Source of the DNA: Rhodospirillaceae bacterium
Lineage (GTDB): Bacteria > Pseudomonadota > Alphaproteobacteria > UBA6615
Assembly: GCA_018667335.1 (NCBI GenBank)
Contig: JABIVD010000015.1
Span: forward strand, 93,211 to 157,210
DNA length: 64,000 nucleotides
Direction of reading: 5' to 3'
A model generated the notes under the pieces. That model was not told the DNA's origin and ran no database searches. It saw nothing but the letters and a program-made list of their open reading frames with translations. A program made the position numbers and the translations under genes. Of this stretch, positions 49,570 to 60,414 are shown in pieces (the stretch's first letter is position 1; every line of letters starts with the position of its first letter).

Positions 49570-50981
49570 GCGCCCAACCGCCACTTAGGCGTTCGCTGGC
49601 ATGCGCAGCCGATGATGCCGCCATCGATTCCTGCGGCCCTTCCGTTGCGCCGATCGGTGCAGATGAATTCGCGGCCTGCATGCAGCGCCTGGGACCATTC
49701 GAGACCGACCCGCATCTGGCGGTCGGCGTGTCGGGCGGGCGCGACAGCCTGGCGCTGACGTTGCTGGCCGCAGAATGGGCAGCTGCGCGCAATGGCCTCG
49801 TGACCGCGGTGACGCTCGACCACGGCTTGCGCGAAACGTCTGCTGCCGAAGCCGGGTTGGTTTCCGAATGGATGGCGCAACACGGTATTCCCCATCATAC
49901 GCTCGTCTGGCCGGACTCCCCGGGGCTCGGCCAGCCGGGCATGGGCGCCAGTGAGGCCGCCGCAAGAACTGCACGTTATGGGTTGCTTGAGGCGTTCTGC
50001 AGGGATCATGAAATTCTCCACCTGCTCGTCGGGCATCATCTTGATGACCAGTTGGAAACTCAGGTGATGCGACGGGCTCGTTCGAGTGGCGCATTCGGCC
50101 AGGCCGGAATGCCTGCAGTGCGGGAGTTGGCTCAAGCACGGATCTTGCGACCGTTTCTCGATATCCCGCGCGCGCGCATGACCGCGACCCTGCATGTGCG
50201 CGGGCAGAGCTGGATCGAGGATCCGAGCAATCAGGATGCCCAATTTGCACGCGCGCGGATGCGGATGGGCCAATCGACCAGGCCGGTCGTCGCATTGGAC
50301 AAGGACGCACGCATGGCGCGGTCGAGGATTGCGGCGGAACGTGAGATATCCCGTGTCGCGGCACGGGCCGTTGCGGTACATCCGGCAGGCTTCGCGACAC
50401 TCAATCCCGCGTTGCTCGCTGCGGCCGATCGTGACGCAGGTGTGCGACTGATCGGCAGTCTGGTGAGGTGCATCGGCGGACGTGTTTATGCCCCGCGGGG
50501 AAAGCGGCTGGACCGGCTGGCCGAGAAGATGATCGATGACGGCCTGGACGGCGGCGCAACGCTTGGTGGCTGTACCGTGCAGCCATGCGGCAAGGGTTTG
50601 GTGCGGATCGCACGTGAGTTGGCGGCGATTGATGAACCGAGGCATGTCATTGGCGAAGGAGACAGGGTTCAGGCACTGGAATGGGACGGGCGCTTTCACG
50701 TCTCGTTTCCGGCGGCCGATGCCCCGGGCATGGCCCTTGATGGGGAAAGCCGGATCGGGGCGGTAGGAAAATTTTTAGCGTCTGGCGTACCGGAGCACCC
50801 CGATTCACCGCGTTATGATGCGTTGCCACATACCGTTCGGATGACCTTGCCGGCGATTTGCCGCGCTGGCCAATTTCATGTTTGTGCATTGCCGTTTTCT
50901 TCGGATTCGGGTCGGGTTACGGCGAAAGCCCGGTTTGCGCCGAAAATTCCCGCTGCCGGCGCGGTATTCGCAACGGGTTGA
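49560..50981 (+). CDS. tilS: tRNA(Ile)-lysidine synthetase (start uncertain)
   Basis: VSGGRDS, DHGLR, ARTARY, HHLDDQLET, LRPFL, EDPSN. Confidence 0.92.
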   Translation: MPLSAQPPLRRSLACAADDAAIDSCGPSVAPIGADEFAACMQRLGPFETDPHLAVGVSGGRDSLALTLLAAEWAAARNGLVTAVTLDHGLRETSAAEAGLVSEWMAQHGIPHHTLVWPDSPGLGQPGMGASEAAARTARYGLLEAFCRDHEILHLLVGHHLDDQLETQVMRRARSSGAFGQAGMPAVRELAQARILRPFLDIPRARMTATLHVRGQSWIEDPSNQDAQFARARMRMGQSTRPVVALDKDARMARSRIAAEREISRVAARAVAVHPAGFATLNPALLAAADRDAGVRLIGSLVRCIGGRVYAPRGKRLDRLAEKMIDDGLDGGATLGGCTVQPCGKGLVRIARELAAIDEPRHVIGEGDRVQALEWDGRFHVSFPAADAPGMALDGESRIGAVGKFLASGVPEHPDSPRYDALPHTVRMTLPAICRAGQFHVCALPFSSDSGRVTAKARFAPKIPAAGAVFATG

Positions 50982-50998
50982 TTTCGCAACGGGTTGAT
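50967..50998. repeat. 16-bp tandem duplication containing the tilS stop codon
   Basis: TTCGCAACGGGTTGAT x2. Confidence 0.95.
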
Positions 50999-51160
50999 AA
51001 TGATCACACTCGTATTATCGCGTTGATTTTCGCATTGCCCTGAGGCGTTTGGAGCACCATGTTAGTGGCGACAAACAATTCACTGTAATCCGCAGCTCTC
51101 ACAACCGCCGGAAAGTTTTGGCGGCGCTGGTCTGGATGGTCGGTTGATCGGAGAAAGTCT

Positions 51161-53092
51161 TTGAACAATTTCGGTAGAAACATCGCGCTGTGGGTCATCA
51201 TTGCCTTGTTGGTCGTGGCGCTGTTCAACCTGTTCCAGAGTTCGGGACGTCAGGGTGCGGAACAGCAACTGGCGTTTTCGGATTTCATCGGCCAGGTAGA
51301 GACCGACCAGGTTCTGGATGTCACGATTCAGGGCAACGACATCAAGGGCACGCTGCGCAACGGTACGGCGTTCACGTCCTATGCGCCCGACGACCCAAAT
51401 CTCGTCTCTACCCTTTCCGAACATGGTGTCCGCATCACGGCCGCACCGAAGGAAGAAGCTAACTTCCTGGTGCGTACGCTGCTGAGCTGGCTGCCGTTTA
51501 TCGTCATCGTTGGCATCTGGGTGTTCTTCATGCGCCAGATGCAGGGTGGCGGCGGCCGCGGTGCTATGGGCTTTGGTAAATCACGCGCCAAGATGCTGAC
51601 CGAGAAGACAGGTCGCGTTACCTTCGGGGATGTCGCGGGTGTTGAGGAAGCCAAGCAGGAGGTCGAGGAGGTTGTCGAATTTCTGCGCGATCCCCAGAAG
51701 TTCCAGCGGCTCGGCGGGAAAATCCCCAAGGGTGTTCTGCTGGTTGGACCTCCGGGTACGGGCAAGACCCTACTCGCGCGTGCGATTGCGGGTGAGGCGA
51801 ATGTCCCGTTCTTCACCATTTCCGGTTCCGACTTCGTCGAGATGTTCGTCGGTGTTGGTGCAAGCCGCGTCCGCGATATGTTCGAACAGGGCAAGAAAAA
51901 TGCGCCCTGCATCATCTTCATCGACGAGCTTGATGCCGTGGGTCGCCATCGTGGCGCCGGACTGGGTGGTGGCAACGACGAGCGCGAACAGACTCTGAAC
52001 CAGCTTCTCGTCGAGATGGACGGCTTCGAGACCAACGAAGGCGTGATCCTGGTTGCGGCGACGAACCGCCCCGATGTGCTTGATCCGGCTCTGCTGCGTC
52101 CCGGCCGCTTCGACAGGCAGGTCACGGTGCCGAACCCCGATATCATCGGCCGTGAAAAAATTCTCAAGGTGCATATGCGCAAGGTGCCGTTGGCACCCGA
52201 CGTTGATGCCAAGACCATTGCCCGCGGCACGCCAGGTTTCTCGGGTGCCGATCTGGCGAACCTCGTGAACGAGGCGGCATTGATCGCGGCCCGCAAGAGC
52301 CGGCGCATGGTGACCATGGCCGAGTTCGAGGACGCCAAGGACAAGGTGCTGATGGGCGCCGAACGCCGCTCCATGGTGATGACCGAGGACGAGAAAAAAC
52401 TGACCGCCTATCATGAAGCAGGGCATGCGCTGGTCGGCATGCACATGGATGGCTGCGACCCGCTACACAAGGTCACGATCATTCCGCGTGGGCAGGCCCT
52501 GGGTGTGACCATGTCGCTGCCCGAACGTGACCGCTACACCTATTCGATCTATGAGCTGAAGGCCAAACTGGCGATGATGTTCGGCGGTCGCGTCGCTGAG
52601 GAGATCATCTTCGGCAAGGAGCATGTCACGACCGGTGCCGGCAACGACATCAAGCAAGCGACAAGTCTGGCCCGCCGGATGATCACGGAATACGGGTTCA
52701 GCGAGAAGCTCGGCCCGTTGCGTTACGAGGACAACCAGGAAGAGGTCTTCCTCGGGCATTCGGTGTCCCAGCACAAGAACGTTTCCGATGCGACGGCGAA
52801 GGTTATCGACGATGAAATTCGGGCGCTGATCGATGCGGCGGAGAAGGATGCGCGGCGCATTTTGACGGAACGGCTCGAGGACCTGCACACGATCTCGAAT
52901 GGTCTGCTTGAGTATGAGACGCTGTCCGCCGATGACGTCGATGCACTGCTCCGGGGAGACAGCGTAGACCGGCCAGATGATGATGCGGATTCGGCCGACA
53001 GCCCGCGCTCGTCCGTCCCGACGAGCGGCACGGCTAGCAAGAAGGATCGGCCGAGCGGCGGCATGGAGCCGGAGCCGCAGCCCCAAGGCTAG
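51161..53092 (+). CDS. ftsH: ATP-dependent zinc metalloprotease FtsH
   Basis: Two TM segments, [29 protein letters not shown] start. Confidence 0.97.
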   Translation: MNNFGRNIALWVIIALLVVALFNLFQSSGRQGAEQQLAFSDFIGQVETDQVLDVTIQGNDIKGTLRNGTAFTSYAPDDPNLVSTLSEHGVRITAAPKEEANFLVRTLLSWLPFIVIVGIWVFFMRQMQGGGGRGAMGFGKSRAKMLTEKTGRVTFGDVAGVEEAKQEVEEVVEFLRDPQKFQRLGGKIPKGVLLVGPPGTGKTLLARAIAGEANVPFFTISGSDFVEMFVGVGASRVRDMFEQGKKNAPCIIFIDELDAVGRHRGAGLGGGNDEREQTLNQLLVEMDGFETNEGVILVAATNRPDVLDPALLRPGRFDRQVTVPNPDIIGREKILKVHMRKVPLAPDVDAKTIARGTPGFSGADLANLVNEAALIAARKSRRMVTMAEFEDAKDKVLMGAERRSMVMTEDEKKLTAYHEAGHALVGMHMDGCDPLHKVTIIPRGQALGVTMSLPERDRYTYSIYELKAKLAMMFGGRVAEEIIFGKEHVTTGAGNDIKQATSLARRMITEYGFSEKLGPLRYEDNQEEVFLGHSVSQHKNVSDATAKVIDDEIRALIDAAEKDARRILTERLEDLHTISNGLLEYETLSADDVDALLRGDSVDRPDDDADSADSPRSSVPTSGTASKKDRPSGGMEPEPQPQG

Positions 53093-53176
53093 TCAGTATC
53101 GAGGGTTAGGCCAATTTCCCACGAACCTATTCAGACTCCCATTTCAGGGGCTTTCGCGGCGACGCGGGAGCCCCTG

Positions 53177-54283
53177 TTGGATTCCCGCACCGCTGCCAGC
53201 CGGTTGCGGCTGAGACCCTTTGGCTTGGTCTCGGGAGCCGCGGCGATCGCGGTTTGTCAGTCGGGCGACGGCCTCGCGCTGGCAGGTGGTCCACTCGCGT
53301 TTACGCACGGCCTGATCACAGGCGTTGACGCGCCGGGACGCGCGCAGAATGACAAAGAGCTGCTGACGGTTCCCGACATGCTGCGATGGGCGACCCAGGC
53401 CGCGCGTGACGGCGATCAGGGGCCAGCAGCGCTGATTGGACGAACCGCACAACCGAGATCGACCTTCGCGAATATGGTGTTGAGCGGCGCGGGCGCGCGG
53501 CCACGGATCATGGGTGTCTGCAATGTCACGCCCGACAGCTTTTCCGATGGTGGAGATCACGCCGCGCCAGGCCCGGCGATCGCGTTCGCGCAACAACTCG
53601 CTGGTGACGGTGCCGATATTGTCGACGTCGGTGGAGAATCGACGAGGCCCGGCGCCGATCCGGTCGCCGAGCGCGTCGAGATTGAACGGGTTTTACCCGT
53701 GATCGAAGAGCTGGTTGCGCATGGATTGCCGGTCTCAATCGATACGCGTCGCGCCGGTGTCATGCGGGCGGCTATCGATGCGGGTGTTGCGCTCATCAAT
53801 GACGTCAGCGGGCTGTCGGATGACCCTGACGCGCTTGACGTTGTGGCCGCATCGAATGTGCCGGTGGTTCTGATGCACATGCAGGGACAGCCGAACAATA
53901 TGCAGGACGACCCGTCATACGCAGATGTCGTGCAGGAAGTTTACGATGCGCTGGCGGGACGAATAGATGCCTGCCTGGACGCTGGTGTCGCGCCGGAGCG
54001 GGTGGCGATCGACCCGGGATTCGGATTTGGCAAAACCGTGGCGCACAATCTCGAACTTCTAACGCACCTCGCCCAATTCCACGGACTTGGCTGCCCCATC
54101 GTGGTTGGTCTGTCGCGTAAGAGTTTCATCGGCGCGCTGACGGGCGAAGAAATCCCCAGTGCACGGACGGCCGGCTCCGTCGCTGCCGCTCTAAAGGCGC
54201 TCGACCAAGGCGTGCAGATCGCGCGTGTACATGATGTAGCCGAGACCCGGCAGGCATTCGATGTTTGGAGGGCCATCCTTTGA
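53177..54283 (+). CDS. folP: Dihydropteroate synthase with N-terminal extension
   Basis: NVTPDSFSDGG, GGESTRPG, DPGFGFGK, SRKSF, RVHDV. Confidence 0.95.
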   Translation: MDSRTAASRLRLRPFGLVSGAAAIAVCQSGDGLALAGGPLAFTHGLITGVDAPGRAQNDKELLTVPDMLRWATQAARDGDQGPAALIGRTAQPRSTFANMVLSGAGARPRIMGVCNVTPDSFSDGGDHAAPGPAIAFAQQLAGDGADIVDVGGESTRPGADPVAERVEIERVLPVIEELVAHGLPVSIDTRRAGVMRAAIDAGVALINDVSGLSDDPDALDVVAASNVPVVLMHMQGQPNNMQDDPSYADVVQEVYDALAGRIDACLDAGVAPERVAIDPGFGFGKTVAHNLELLTHLAQFHGLGCPIVVGLSRKSFIGALTGEEIPSARTAGSVAAALKALDQGVQIARVHDVAETRQAFDVWRAIL

Positions 54284-54355
54284 TAGACCATATGACGGGA
54301 TTGTTAACGGTCGCGGGCAGGGTGCTATAAGTCGGGTCCCCGACACGTCCGGAAC

Positions 54356-55711
54356 ATGACGATGGCACGAAAGCTTTTCGGCACAGATGGTATCCGCGGC
54401 AAGGCCAATCAGGAGCCGATGACCGCCGAAACGGCATTGCGCGTGGCGATGGCGGCAGGACATCGATTTACCCGCGGCGCCCACCGCCATCTCGTAATCA
54501 TCGGCAAGGACACACGGCTCAGCAATTACATGCTGGAGCCGGCGATGCAGGCCGGATTTACGGCGATGGGCATGGATGTCGTGTTGGTCGGCCCAATGCC
54601 GACCCCGGCGGTTGCCATGCTGACACGGACATTGCGCGCCGATCTCGGGGTCGTGCTGTCCGCTTCGCACAATCCCTATGAAGATAACGGTATCAAGCTT
54701 TTCGGTCCGGACGGCTTCAAGCTTTCGGATGCGGTGGAAGAGGAAATCGAGGCGCTGATCGAGAACGGCCTGCTCGACCATCTGGCCGATGCCAGCAGTC
54801 TCGGGCGTGCGCGACGTCTCGAGGATGCGCCGGGCCGTTACATCGAATTCGTCAAACACACGTTTCCGCGCGGCCTGCGTCTCGACGGGTTGAAAGTGGT
54901 CGTCGATTGCGCGAATGGCGCCGCCTACAAGGTCGCGCCCTCCGTGTTCCATGAACTGGGCGCAGATGTCGTTCCGATGGCGATCGACCCGGACGGCACG
55001 AATATCAATCGCGACTGCGGTGCCACGGCAACGGAAGCGCTGCAGCAACAGGTCGTGGCGCATGGCGCGCATCTGGGCGTAGCGCTCGATGGTGACGCCG
55101 ACCGGGTTATCCTGTGTGATGAGAATGGCCAGGTTGTCGACGGCGACCAGGTAATGGCCGTGATCGCTCGGTCCTGGCAGGCCGCCGGCCGGTTGCAGGG
55201 CGGCAAGGTGGTTGCGACCGTGATGTCCAATCTGGGTTTCGAGCGGTATCTGCAGACCATAGACCTGGAGATGGAGCGGGCGAAAGTGGGCGACCGCTAT
55301 GTCCTCGAACGGATGCGGGCGGGTGGCTACAACCTCGGCGGCGAACAGTCGGGGCACATCATCCTGAGCGACTATTCGACCACCGGCGACGGCTTGATCG
55401 CGGCGCTTCAGGTGCTGGCGGCGCAGGTTGAATCCGGGGTGTCGATGAGTGCGCTGACCGATGTTTTCGAATCCTATCCGCAGCTGCTGCGCAACGTACC
55501 TGCGAATGGCGCGACAGCGATGGAGCATGCGAGCGTCAAGTCCGCGGTCGCAGCCGGCGAGGCACAACTCGGGGATGACGGGCGCGTACTGATCCGCCCG
55601 TCGGGCACTGAACCCGTCATTCGCGTGATGGCAGAAGGCCGTGACCAGCAGGTGGTAACCGCCGTGGTTGATGAAATTGCCGACGCGATCGCCGACATCC
55701 CGGCCGCATAG
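54356..55711 (+). CDS. glmM: Phosphoglucosamine mutase
   Basis: [34 protein letters not shown]. Confidence 0.96.
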   Translation: MTMARKLFGTDGIRGKANQEPMTAETALRVAMAAGHRFTRGAHRHLVIIGKDTRLSNYMLEPAMQAGFTAMGMDVVLVGPMPTPAVAMLTRTLRADLGVVLSASHNPYEDNGIKLFGPDGFKLSDAVEEEIEALIENGLLDHLADASSLGRARRLEDAPGRYIEFVKHTFPRGLRLDGLKVVVDCANGAAYKVAPSVFHELGADVVPMAIDPDGTNINRDCGATATEALQQQVVAHGAHLGVALDGDADRVILCDENGQVVDGDQVMAVIARSWQAAGRLQGGKVVATVMSNLGFERYLQTIDLEMERAKVGDRYVLERMRAGGYNLGGEQSGHIILSDYSTTGDGLIAALQVLAAQVESGVSMSALTDVFESYPQLLRNVPANGATAMEHASVKSAVAAGEAQLGDDGRVLIRPSGTEPVIRVMAEGRDQQVVTAVVDEIADAIADIPAA

Positions 55712-55730
55712 CACGGGGCGGTTGTTCGAC

Positions 55731-56540
55731 ATGGACGGACGAGTATTGATAGTCGCCGGGTCGGATTCCGGTGGAGGCGCTGGAATTCAGGCAGACATTA
55801 AGTCGGTGACTGCACTCGGCGGGTTTGCGATGACCGCCGTAACCGCCCTGACGGCGCAAAACACCCGGGGTGTGCACGGCATCTTCGGGGTGGAGACGAG
55901 CTTCATCGCGCAACAAATCCGTGTGGTGTTGGACGATCTCGGTGCCGACTGCCTGAAGACCGGGATGTTGCACAGCGTCGAGGTTATCGAAACCGTCGTC
56001 GAGACCCTTTCTGATATCGGGGGTGATATCCCGCTGGTTGCCGATCCGGTCATGGTCGCCAAGGGTGGTGCGCGGTTGCTGGATGAAGGAGCGAATGCGG
56101 CGCTGGTCTCGTTGTTGATTCCCCGGGCCAGTGTGCTCACACCGAATGCTCCCGAAGCCGCCGCCCTGACTGGCGTGGCGGTGGAAAACGAAGACGGCCA
56201 ACGCCGCGCGGGTGAGAAATTGCTGGAGCTTGGCGCGGCTGCGGTTCTGGTCAAGGGTGGGCATATCGAGGGCCCGGATGTGGTGGACCTGCTCGTCACT
56301 CCCACCGAGACACTTCGGTTCGCCGACCCGCGCATCGAAACACGCCACACCCATGGCACTGGCTGTACGCTCGCTTCGGCGATAGCAGCGGGCTTGGCTC
56401 AGGGCAAGGAACTGCCCGATGCAGTGGTTCGGGCGCGTATTTATGTGCGACAGGCGATCGCCGCTGCCCCGGGATATGGCCATGGGCACGGTCCGCTCGA
56501 CCATGGGGTGACCTTTGACCCCCGCCGCCTCGAACCCTGA
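55731..56540 (+). CDS. thiD: HMP/HMP-P kinase
   Basis: AGSDSGGGAGIQAD, KTGML, DPVM, TPN, KGGH, HGTGC. Confidence 0.95.
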   Translation: MDGRVLIVAGSDSGGGAGIQADIKSVTALGGFAMTAVTALTAQNTRGVHGIFGVETSFIAQQIRVVLDDLGADCLKTGMLHSVEVIETVVETLSDIGGDIPLVADPVMVAKGGARLLDEGANAALVSLLIPRASVLTPNAPEAAALTGVAVENEDGQRRAGEKLLELGAAAVLVKGGHIEGPDVVDLLVTPTETLRFADPRIETRHTHGTGCTLASAIAAGLAQGKELPDAVVRARIYVRQAIAAAPGYGHGHGPLDHGVTFDPRRLEP

Positions 56541-56561
56541 TACGGGTGGCGATCGACACCC

Positions 56562-57470
56562 ATGACCCAATCATCCGGAACACAACCCACTGCTGTCGGG
56601 TTTTTCTCGCTGGCCACCGCCGGGGCACTCGTCACCATCCTGGTGTGGGGCGGCACGCCGATCATCACGAAGTTCGGCGCGGTATCGGTCGACGTGTTCT
56701 CCCTGGCGCTTCTGCGTACGGTTATGTCGCTTCCGCTTGCGGTTCTGATCATTGCCGTCTTGCGTTGTCCGTTGCCATGGCGCGGCAAGGATAAGTGGCT
56801 GCTGCTCGTCGTGGGAATTCCGGGCGTGGTTGGCTTCCCGGTTCTGTTTACCCTGGGCGTCGGCCTGACCACGGCGGGTCACGCCGCGGTCGTGGCGGCG
56901 GCAACGCCGGTTTTTGTCGGACTACTGGAGTCCGTCGTCAGCCGCCGGCTTCCAACGCCGCGATGGTGGATCGGTGTGTCGGTTGCGTTTGCCGGCGCCG
57001 TCATCCTCATCATGGAGGCCGTGGGTCTCGATACCGCCGGTGCCACCTGGCAGGGCGATCTGTTGGCGGCCGGGGGCGGTTTCTCGGCGGCGGTGAGTTT
57101 CGTGGCCGGTGCGCGCCTGACGCCGCGCTATGGCCCGACGGGCGTGACCATGTGGGGCGTCGTTATAGCCGCCATCGTTCAGCTCCCGTTCGTCGTCGCG
57201 CGAATGGACGCGGCGGCCTGGGCCGCGGTGGAGCCGATGGGCTGGACGGCGATTATCTATCTCTCGGTCGGGTCGACGATCGTGGCCTACATCACCTGGA
57301 TCTATGCCCTGTCTCGAGGTGGCATCTCGCGGATGAGTGTCTGGCAATTCGGTTTGCCGATTGTCGGCGTCGCGGGCGCGGCAATATTCCTGGGTGAGCC
57401 GTTGACGCCGCTGCTCGTGGCGGCCACGGTCATTATCCTCTTTGGCGTCGGGCTGGTGCAGCGACGCTGA
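56562..57470 (+). CDS. DMT/EamA transporter
   Basis: About 10 TM segments, WG, LGEPL. Confidence 0.88.
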   Translation: MTQSSGTQPTAVGFFSLATAGALVTILVWGGTPIITKFGAVSVDVFSLALLRTVMSLPLAVLIIAVLRCPLPWRGKDKWLLLVVGIPGVVGFPVLFTLGVGLTTAGHAAVVAAATPVFVGLLESVVSRRLPTPRWWIGVSVAFAGAVILIMEAVGLDTAGATWQGDLLAAGGGFSAAVSFVAGARLTPRYGPTGVTMWGVVIAAIVQLPFVVARMDAAAWAAVEPMGWTAIIYLSVGSTIVAYITWIYALSRGGISRMSVWQFGLPIVGVAGAAIFLGEPLTPLLVAATVIILFGVGLVQRR

Positions 57471-57486
57471 TGCTTCGCGAGTGCCG

Positions 57487-58374
57487 ATGTCCGAGACCAC
57501 CCGTACCCGCCTCTATACGTTCGCGCTGCTCGCGATCCTCATCTATGGCGTGACCCCGGTCTTCACCAAGGTCGGGACGCTGACCGCCGACGGTGTCTCG
57601 GTCGGCGCTTTGCGCGCGGTTGTTGCCGCGCCGGTGGCCGCACTGGTGATCGCGATCACCGGATGCCGGATACCCTTGCGCCGGGATGCCGTTTTTCTGG
57701 TGCTGGTGTCGGGGCTGGGCGGTCTGGTGCTGTTCCCGGTCTTCTTCAGTTGGGGTGTGCAGTTCACCACGGCGGGGCACGCGGCGGCCGGCACCGCCGC
57801 CGGCGCGGTCATGGCCGGTGCGATCATGGCGGTGCTAAACCGCCAGATGCCCGGGTGGCCTTGGTGGATCGGCGTGGCGGTCGGGTCGATGGGGGCGTTG
57901 CTGTTGATCTGGGAGGCGCTCGGCCTGTCGGTGGAGGGTGTTAGCTGGCAGGGTGATGCCCTGGTGTTTCTCGGCATGTTCATGGGCGTCGTCGGCTATG
58001 TCGCCGGATCGAAACTCACTGCCGAACTCGGGGCCGTCACCGTAACCATGTGGTCGGTCCTCGTGGCCGCCGCGTTCCTGGTTCCCGTGGTCGTCTTTCA
58101 TTCTGGCGTTGCGACATTGGTGGCGATCGACGTGCCGGGCTGGCTCGCGATCTGTTCGTTGGCATGGGGCACGACCATTCTCGCCTATCTTCTCTGGAAT
58201 AGGGCGCTTGCGGACGGCGGTGTGACCCGCATCGGGGCGCTGCAGTTGTTGCAGCCCATTATCGGAATAGGGCTGGCACCGGTGATCCTCGGCGAGCCGC
58301 TGACTCCCACATTGCTGCTGGCGACCCTGGTTATTCTGGCCGGCGTTGTGTTGGTGCAGCGCGAACCCCGGTAG
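57487..58374 (+). CDS. DMT/EamA transporter (paralog of the upstream gene)
   Basis: About 10 TM segments. Shares TTAGHAA, WWIGV, WQGD and LGEPLTP with its neighbour. Confidence 0.88.
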   Translation: MSETTRTRLYTFALLAILIYGVTPVFTKVGTLTADGVSVGALRAVVAAPVAALVIAITGCRIPLRRDAVFLVLVSGLGGLVLFPVFFSWGVQFTTAGHAAAGTAAGAVMAGAIMAVLNRQMPGWPWWIGVAVGSMGALLLIWEALGLSVEGVSWQGDALVFLGMFMGVVGYVAGSKLTAELGAVTVTMWSVLVAAAFLVPVVVFHSGVATLVAIDVPGWLAICSLAWGTTILAYLLWNRALADGGVTRIGALQLLQPIIGIGLAPVILGEPLTPTLLLATLVILAGVVLVQREPR

Positions 58375-58492
58375 GCCACTCCCTTTTTGCGCAAGAACCG
58401 GGTGGGGTGAACGGGCAGCGGTGCCTAGTTTGCATGTGTGCGAAACGGATCGCATGGACCCGCCAGCCGGGTGTAAGAAGGAGATGCGGAAC

Positions 58493-59383
58493 ATGGCCAT
58501 GATCGACACATTCGAGCCCGAAACCCTCGATGACAGTTTTGACGACGACTACGGGTTTGCCCTGGTGGGTCGTTTGCTGACCTGGCTGAGCGAGAATTAT
58601 CGCGAGCAGCCGACCCTCGAGCAGATCGCCGCCGAAGCGGGTCTGAGCGCGTTTCACCTACAACGTCTGTTCACCCGCTATGTGGGCGTCAGCCCCAAGA
58701 AATACGTCCAGTATCTGACCCTCGAGCACGCCAAGCGGGCATTGGGCGAGTCCCAAAGCGTGCTCGACGTCGCATTCGAGACCGGCCTGTCGGGCGCGGG
58801 GCGGCTGCATGACCTGTTCGTGACCCATGAGGCCGTCACGCCGGGGGACTGGAAGCGGCGCGGCGAGGGGTTGGAACTGCGCTATGGCTGGCATGACAGC
58901 CCGTTCGGTGAGTGCCTTATCGTGGCCTCGACCCGCGGCGTCTGCGGCCTCGCCTTCAACGGCACCGGCGACCGCGCCGCGGCGTTGGAGGATCTGCGCG
59001 GCAGCCTCGACGCCGCCGCATTGGAGGAAGACCCGGATGCGACCCGCGCCTATGCTGCGGCGGCATTTGGCGAGGGCGACGTGCATCTGGTGCTGCGCGG
59101 AACGCCCTTCCAGCTCAAAGTCTGGGAGGCGCTGATGCAGATTCCCGAGGGGGCGGTGCTGACCTATTCGGATCTCGCGGCGCGAATCGGTGCGCCCGGC
59201 TCTGCGCGTGCCGTCGCCGGCGCTGTGGCGCGGAACCCCGTGTCTTGGCTCATTCCGTGCCACCGGGTCATCCGGAATGGCGGCACGATCAGCGGATACC
59301 GCTGGCACCCCGACAAGAAGCGCCTGATTCTGGCCTGGGAGGCCGCGCGAACAGAGGCGGGGGCATCCGAGGCCGGGCGCTGA
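58493..59383 (+). CDS. AraC-HTH / methylated-DNA-protein-cysteine methyltransferase (Ada-like)
   Basis: LSAFHLQRLF..GVSPK HTH, GTPFQLKVW, IPCHRV active site. Confidence 0.92.
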   Translation: MAMIDTFEPETLDDSFDDDYGFALVGRLLTWLSENYREQPTLEQIAAEAGLSAFHLQRLFTRYVGVSPKKYVQYLTLEHAKRALGESQSVLDVAFETGLSGAGRLHDLFVTHEAVTPGDWKRRGEGLELRYGWHDSPFGECLIVASTRGVCGLAFNGTGDRAAALEDLRGSLDAAALEEDPDATRAYAAAAFGEGDVHLVLRGTPFQLKVWEALMQIPEGAVLTYSDLAARIGAPGSARAVAGAVARNPVSWLIPCHRVIRNGGTISGYRWHPDKKRLILAWEAARTEAGASEAGR

Positions 59384-59446
59384 GGCCACTTTATTCCCGT
59401 GATCCGACGGGGTAGGGTCCGCGCCTGAAAATTCGGGAAGGGCCCC

Positions 59447-59905
59447 ATGACGGCGCGATATTGGGAAGATTATTCGGTTGGTGAGGTCTTCGAGACCGAG
59501 CCTGTTGCAGTCTCGGAAGAGCAGATCATCGCCTTCGCCGAGAAGTATGATCCGCAGGTGTTTCACACGGATCCTGTGGCGGCCAAGGGCAGCTTCTATG
59601 GCGGTTTGATCGCCAGCGGCCATCAGACGATCGGCCTGGCCTTCGCGCAGTTTATTCGGCTCGGCCTCTTCACCGAGAACGCACTCGGCGGGCCGGGGAT
59701 GGATGAGATCAGCTGGACGGCGCCGGTGCGCCCCGGCGATACCCTCCACACGACGGCCGAGGTGGTCGAGCTTCGGGCGTCCAAGTCGCGCCCGGATCGC
59801 GGAATTATCCGCGTCCGGCTCGCAACCCGTGTCGGCGATCAGGACGTGTCGAGCTATATCACGACGACATTCCTGAGCCGGCGACCAGCGGAGGACGCGA
59901 CATGA
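59447..59905 (+). CDS. MaoC-family dehydratase
   Basis: FAEKYDPQVFHTD..ASG, PVRPGD. Confidence 0.88.
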   Translation: MTARYWEDYSVGEVFETEPVAVSEEQIIAFAEKYDPQVFHTDPVAAKGSFYGGLIASGHQTIGLAFAQFIRLGLFTENALGGPGMDEISWTAPVRPGDTLHTTAEVVELRASKSRPDRGIIRVRLATRVGDQDVSSYITTTFLSRRPAEDAT

Positions 59906-60357
59906 GCGGCCTCTATCTGGAAGACTACACTGTCGGTCGGGTTTTCGAGACCGAGCCCGTAAAACTCGACGCGGACGAGATCATCTGGTTCGCCGAGCGG
60001 CACGACCCGCAGGATTTTCATACCAACCCGGAGCGCGCGAAGGATTCCGCGTTCGGCGAGCATGTCGCGAGTGGGTTTCAGACGGTCGCAATCGCAACGG
60101 GCCAATTCATCCGCACCGGGGCCGTCGATGGCACGGGGCTGGGCGGGCCGGGTATGGATAAAATTCGCTGGACCGCACCTGTGCGTCCCGGCGAAACGCT
60201 GCAGACACAGGTTGAAGTGACCAAGGCACGGGCCACGCGCTCCGATCCGGGTCGCGGGGTCGTGACATTGGCGTTTGCGGTCACGACTGAATCTGGCCCG
60301 GTTCTGACGTTCGAGGCCACGATTTTCGTGCGTAGCCGCGCGGGCGAGCAGGCATAG
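59902..60357 (+). CDS. MaoC-family dehydratase (paralog)
   Basis: FAERHDPQDFHTN..ASG, PVRPGE. ATGA overlap. Confidence 0.88.
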   Translation: MSGLYLEDYTVGRVFETEPVKLDADEIIWFAERHDPQDFHTNPERAKDSAFGEHVASGFQTVAIATGQFIRTGAVDGTGLGGPGMDKIRWTAPVRPGETLQTQVEVTKARATRSDPGRGVVTLAFAVTTESGPVLTFEATIFVRSRAGEQA

Positions 60358-60414
60358 AGGCTGGCCGCATGTTAGGCTGAGGGCTGTTTTCGACCTTCAG
60401 TGTGCCGGGACAGG

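Noticed and set aside
58493-59383. Ada lacking its N-terminal zinc domain as a pseudogene
   Set aside because: Intact SD, HTH and PCHRV motifs. This two-domain form is a common architecture.
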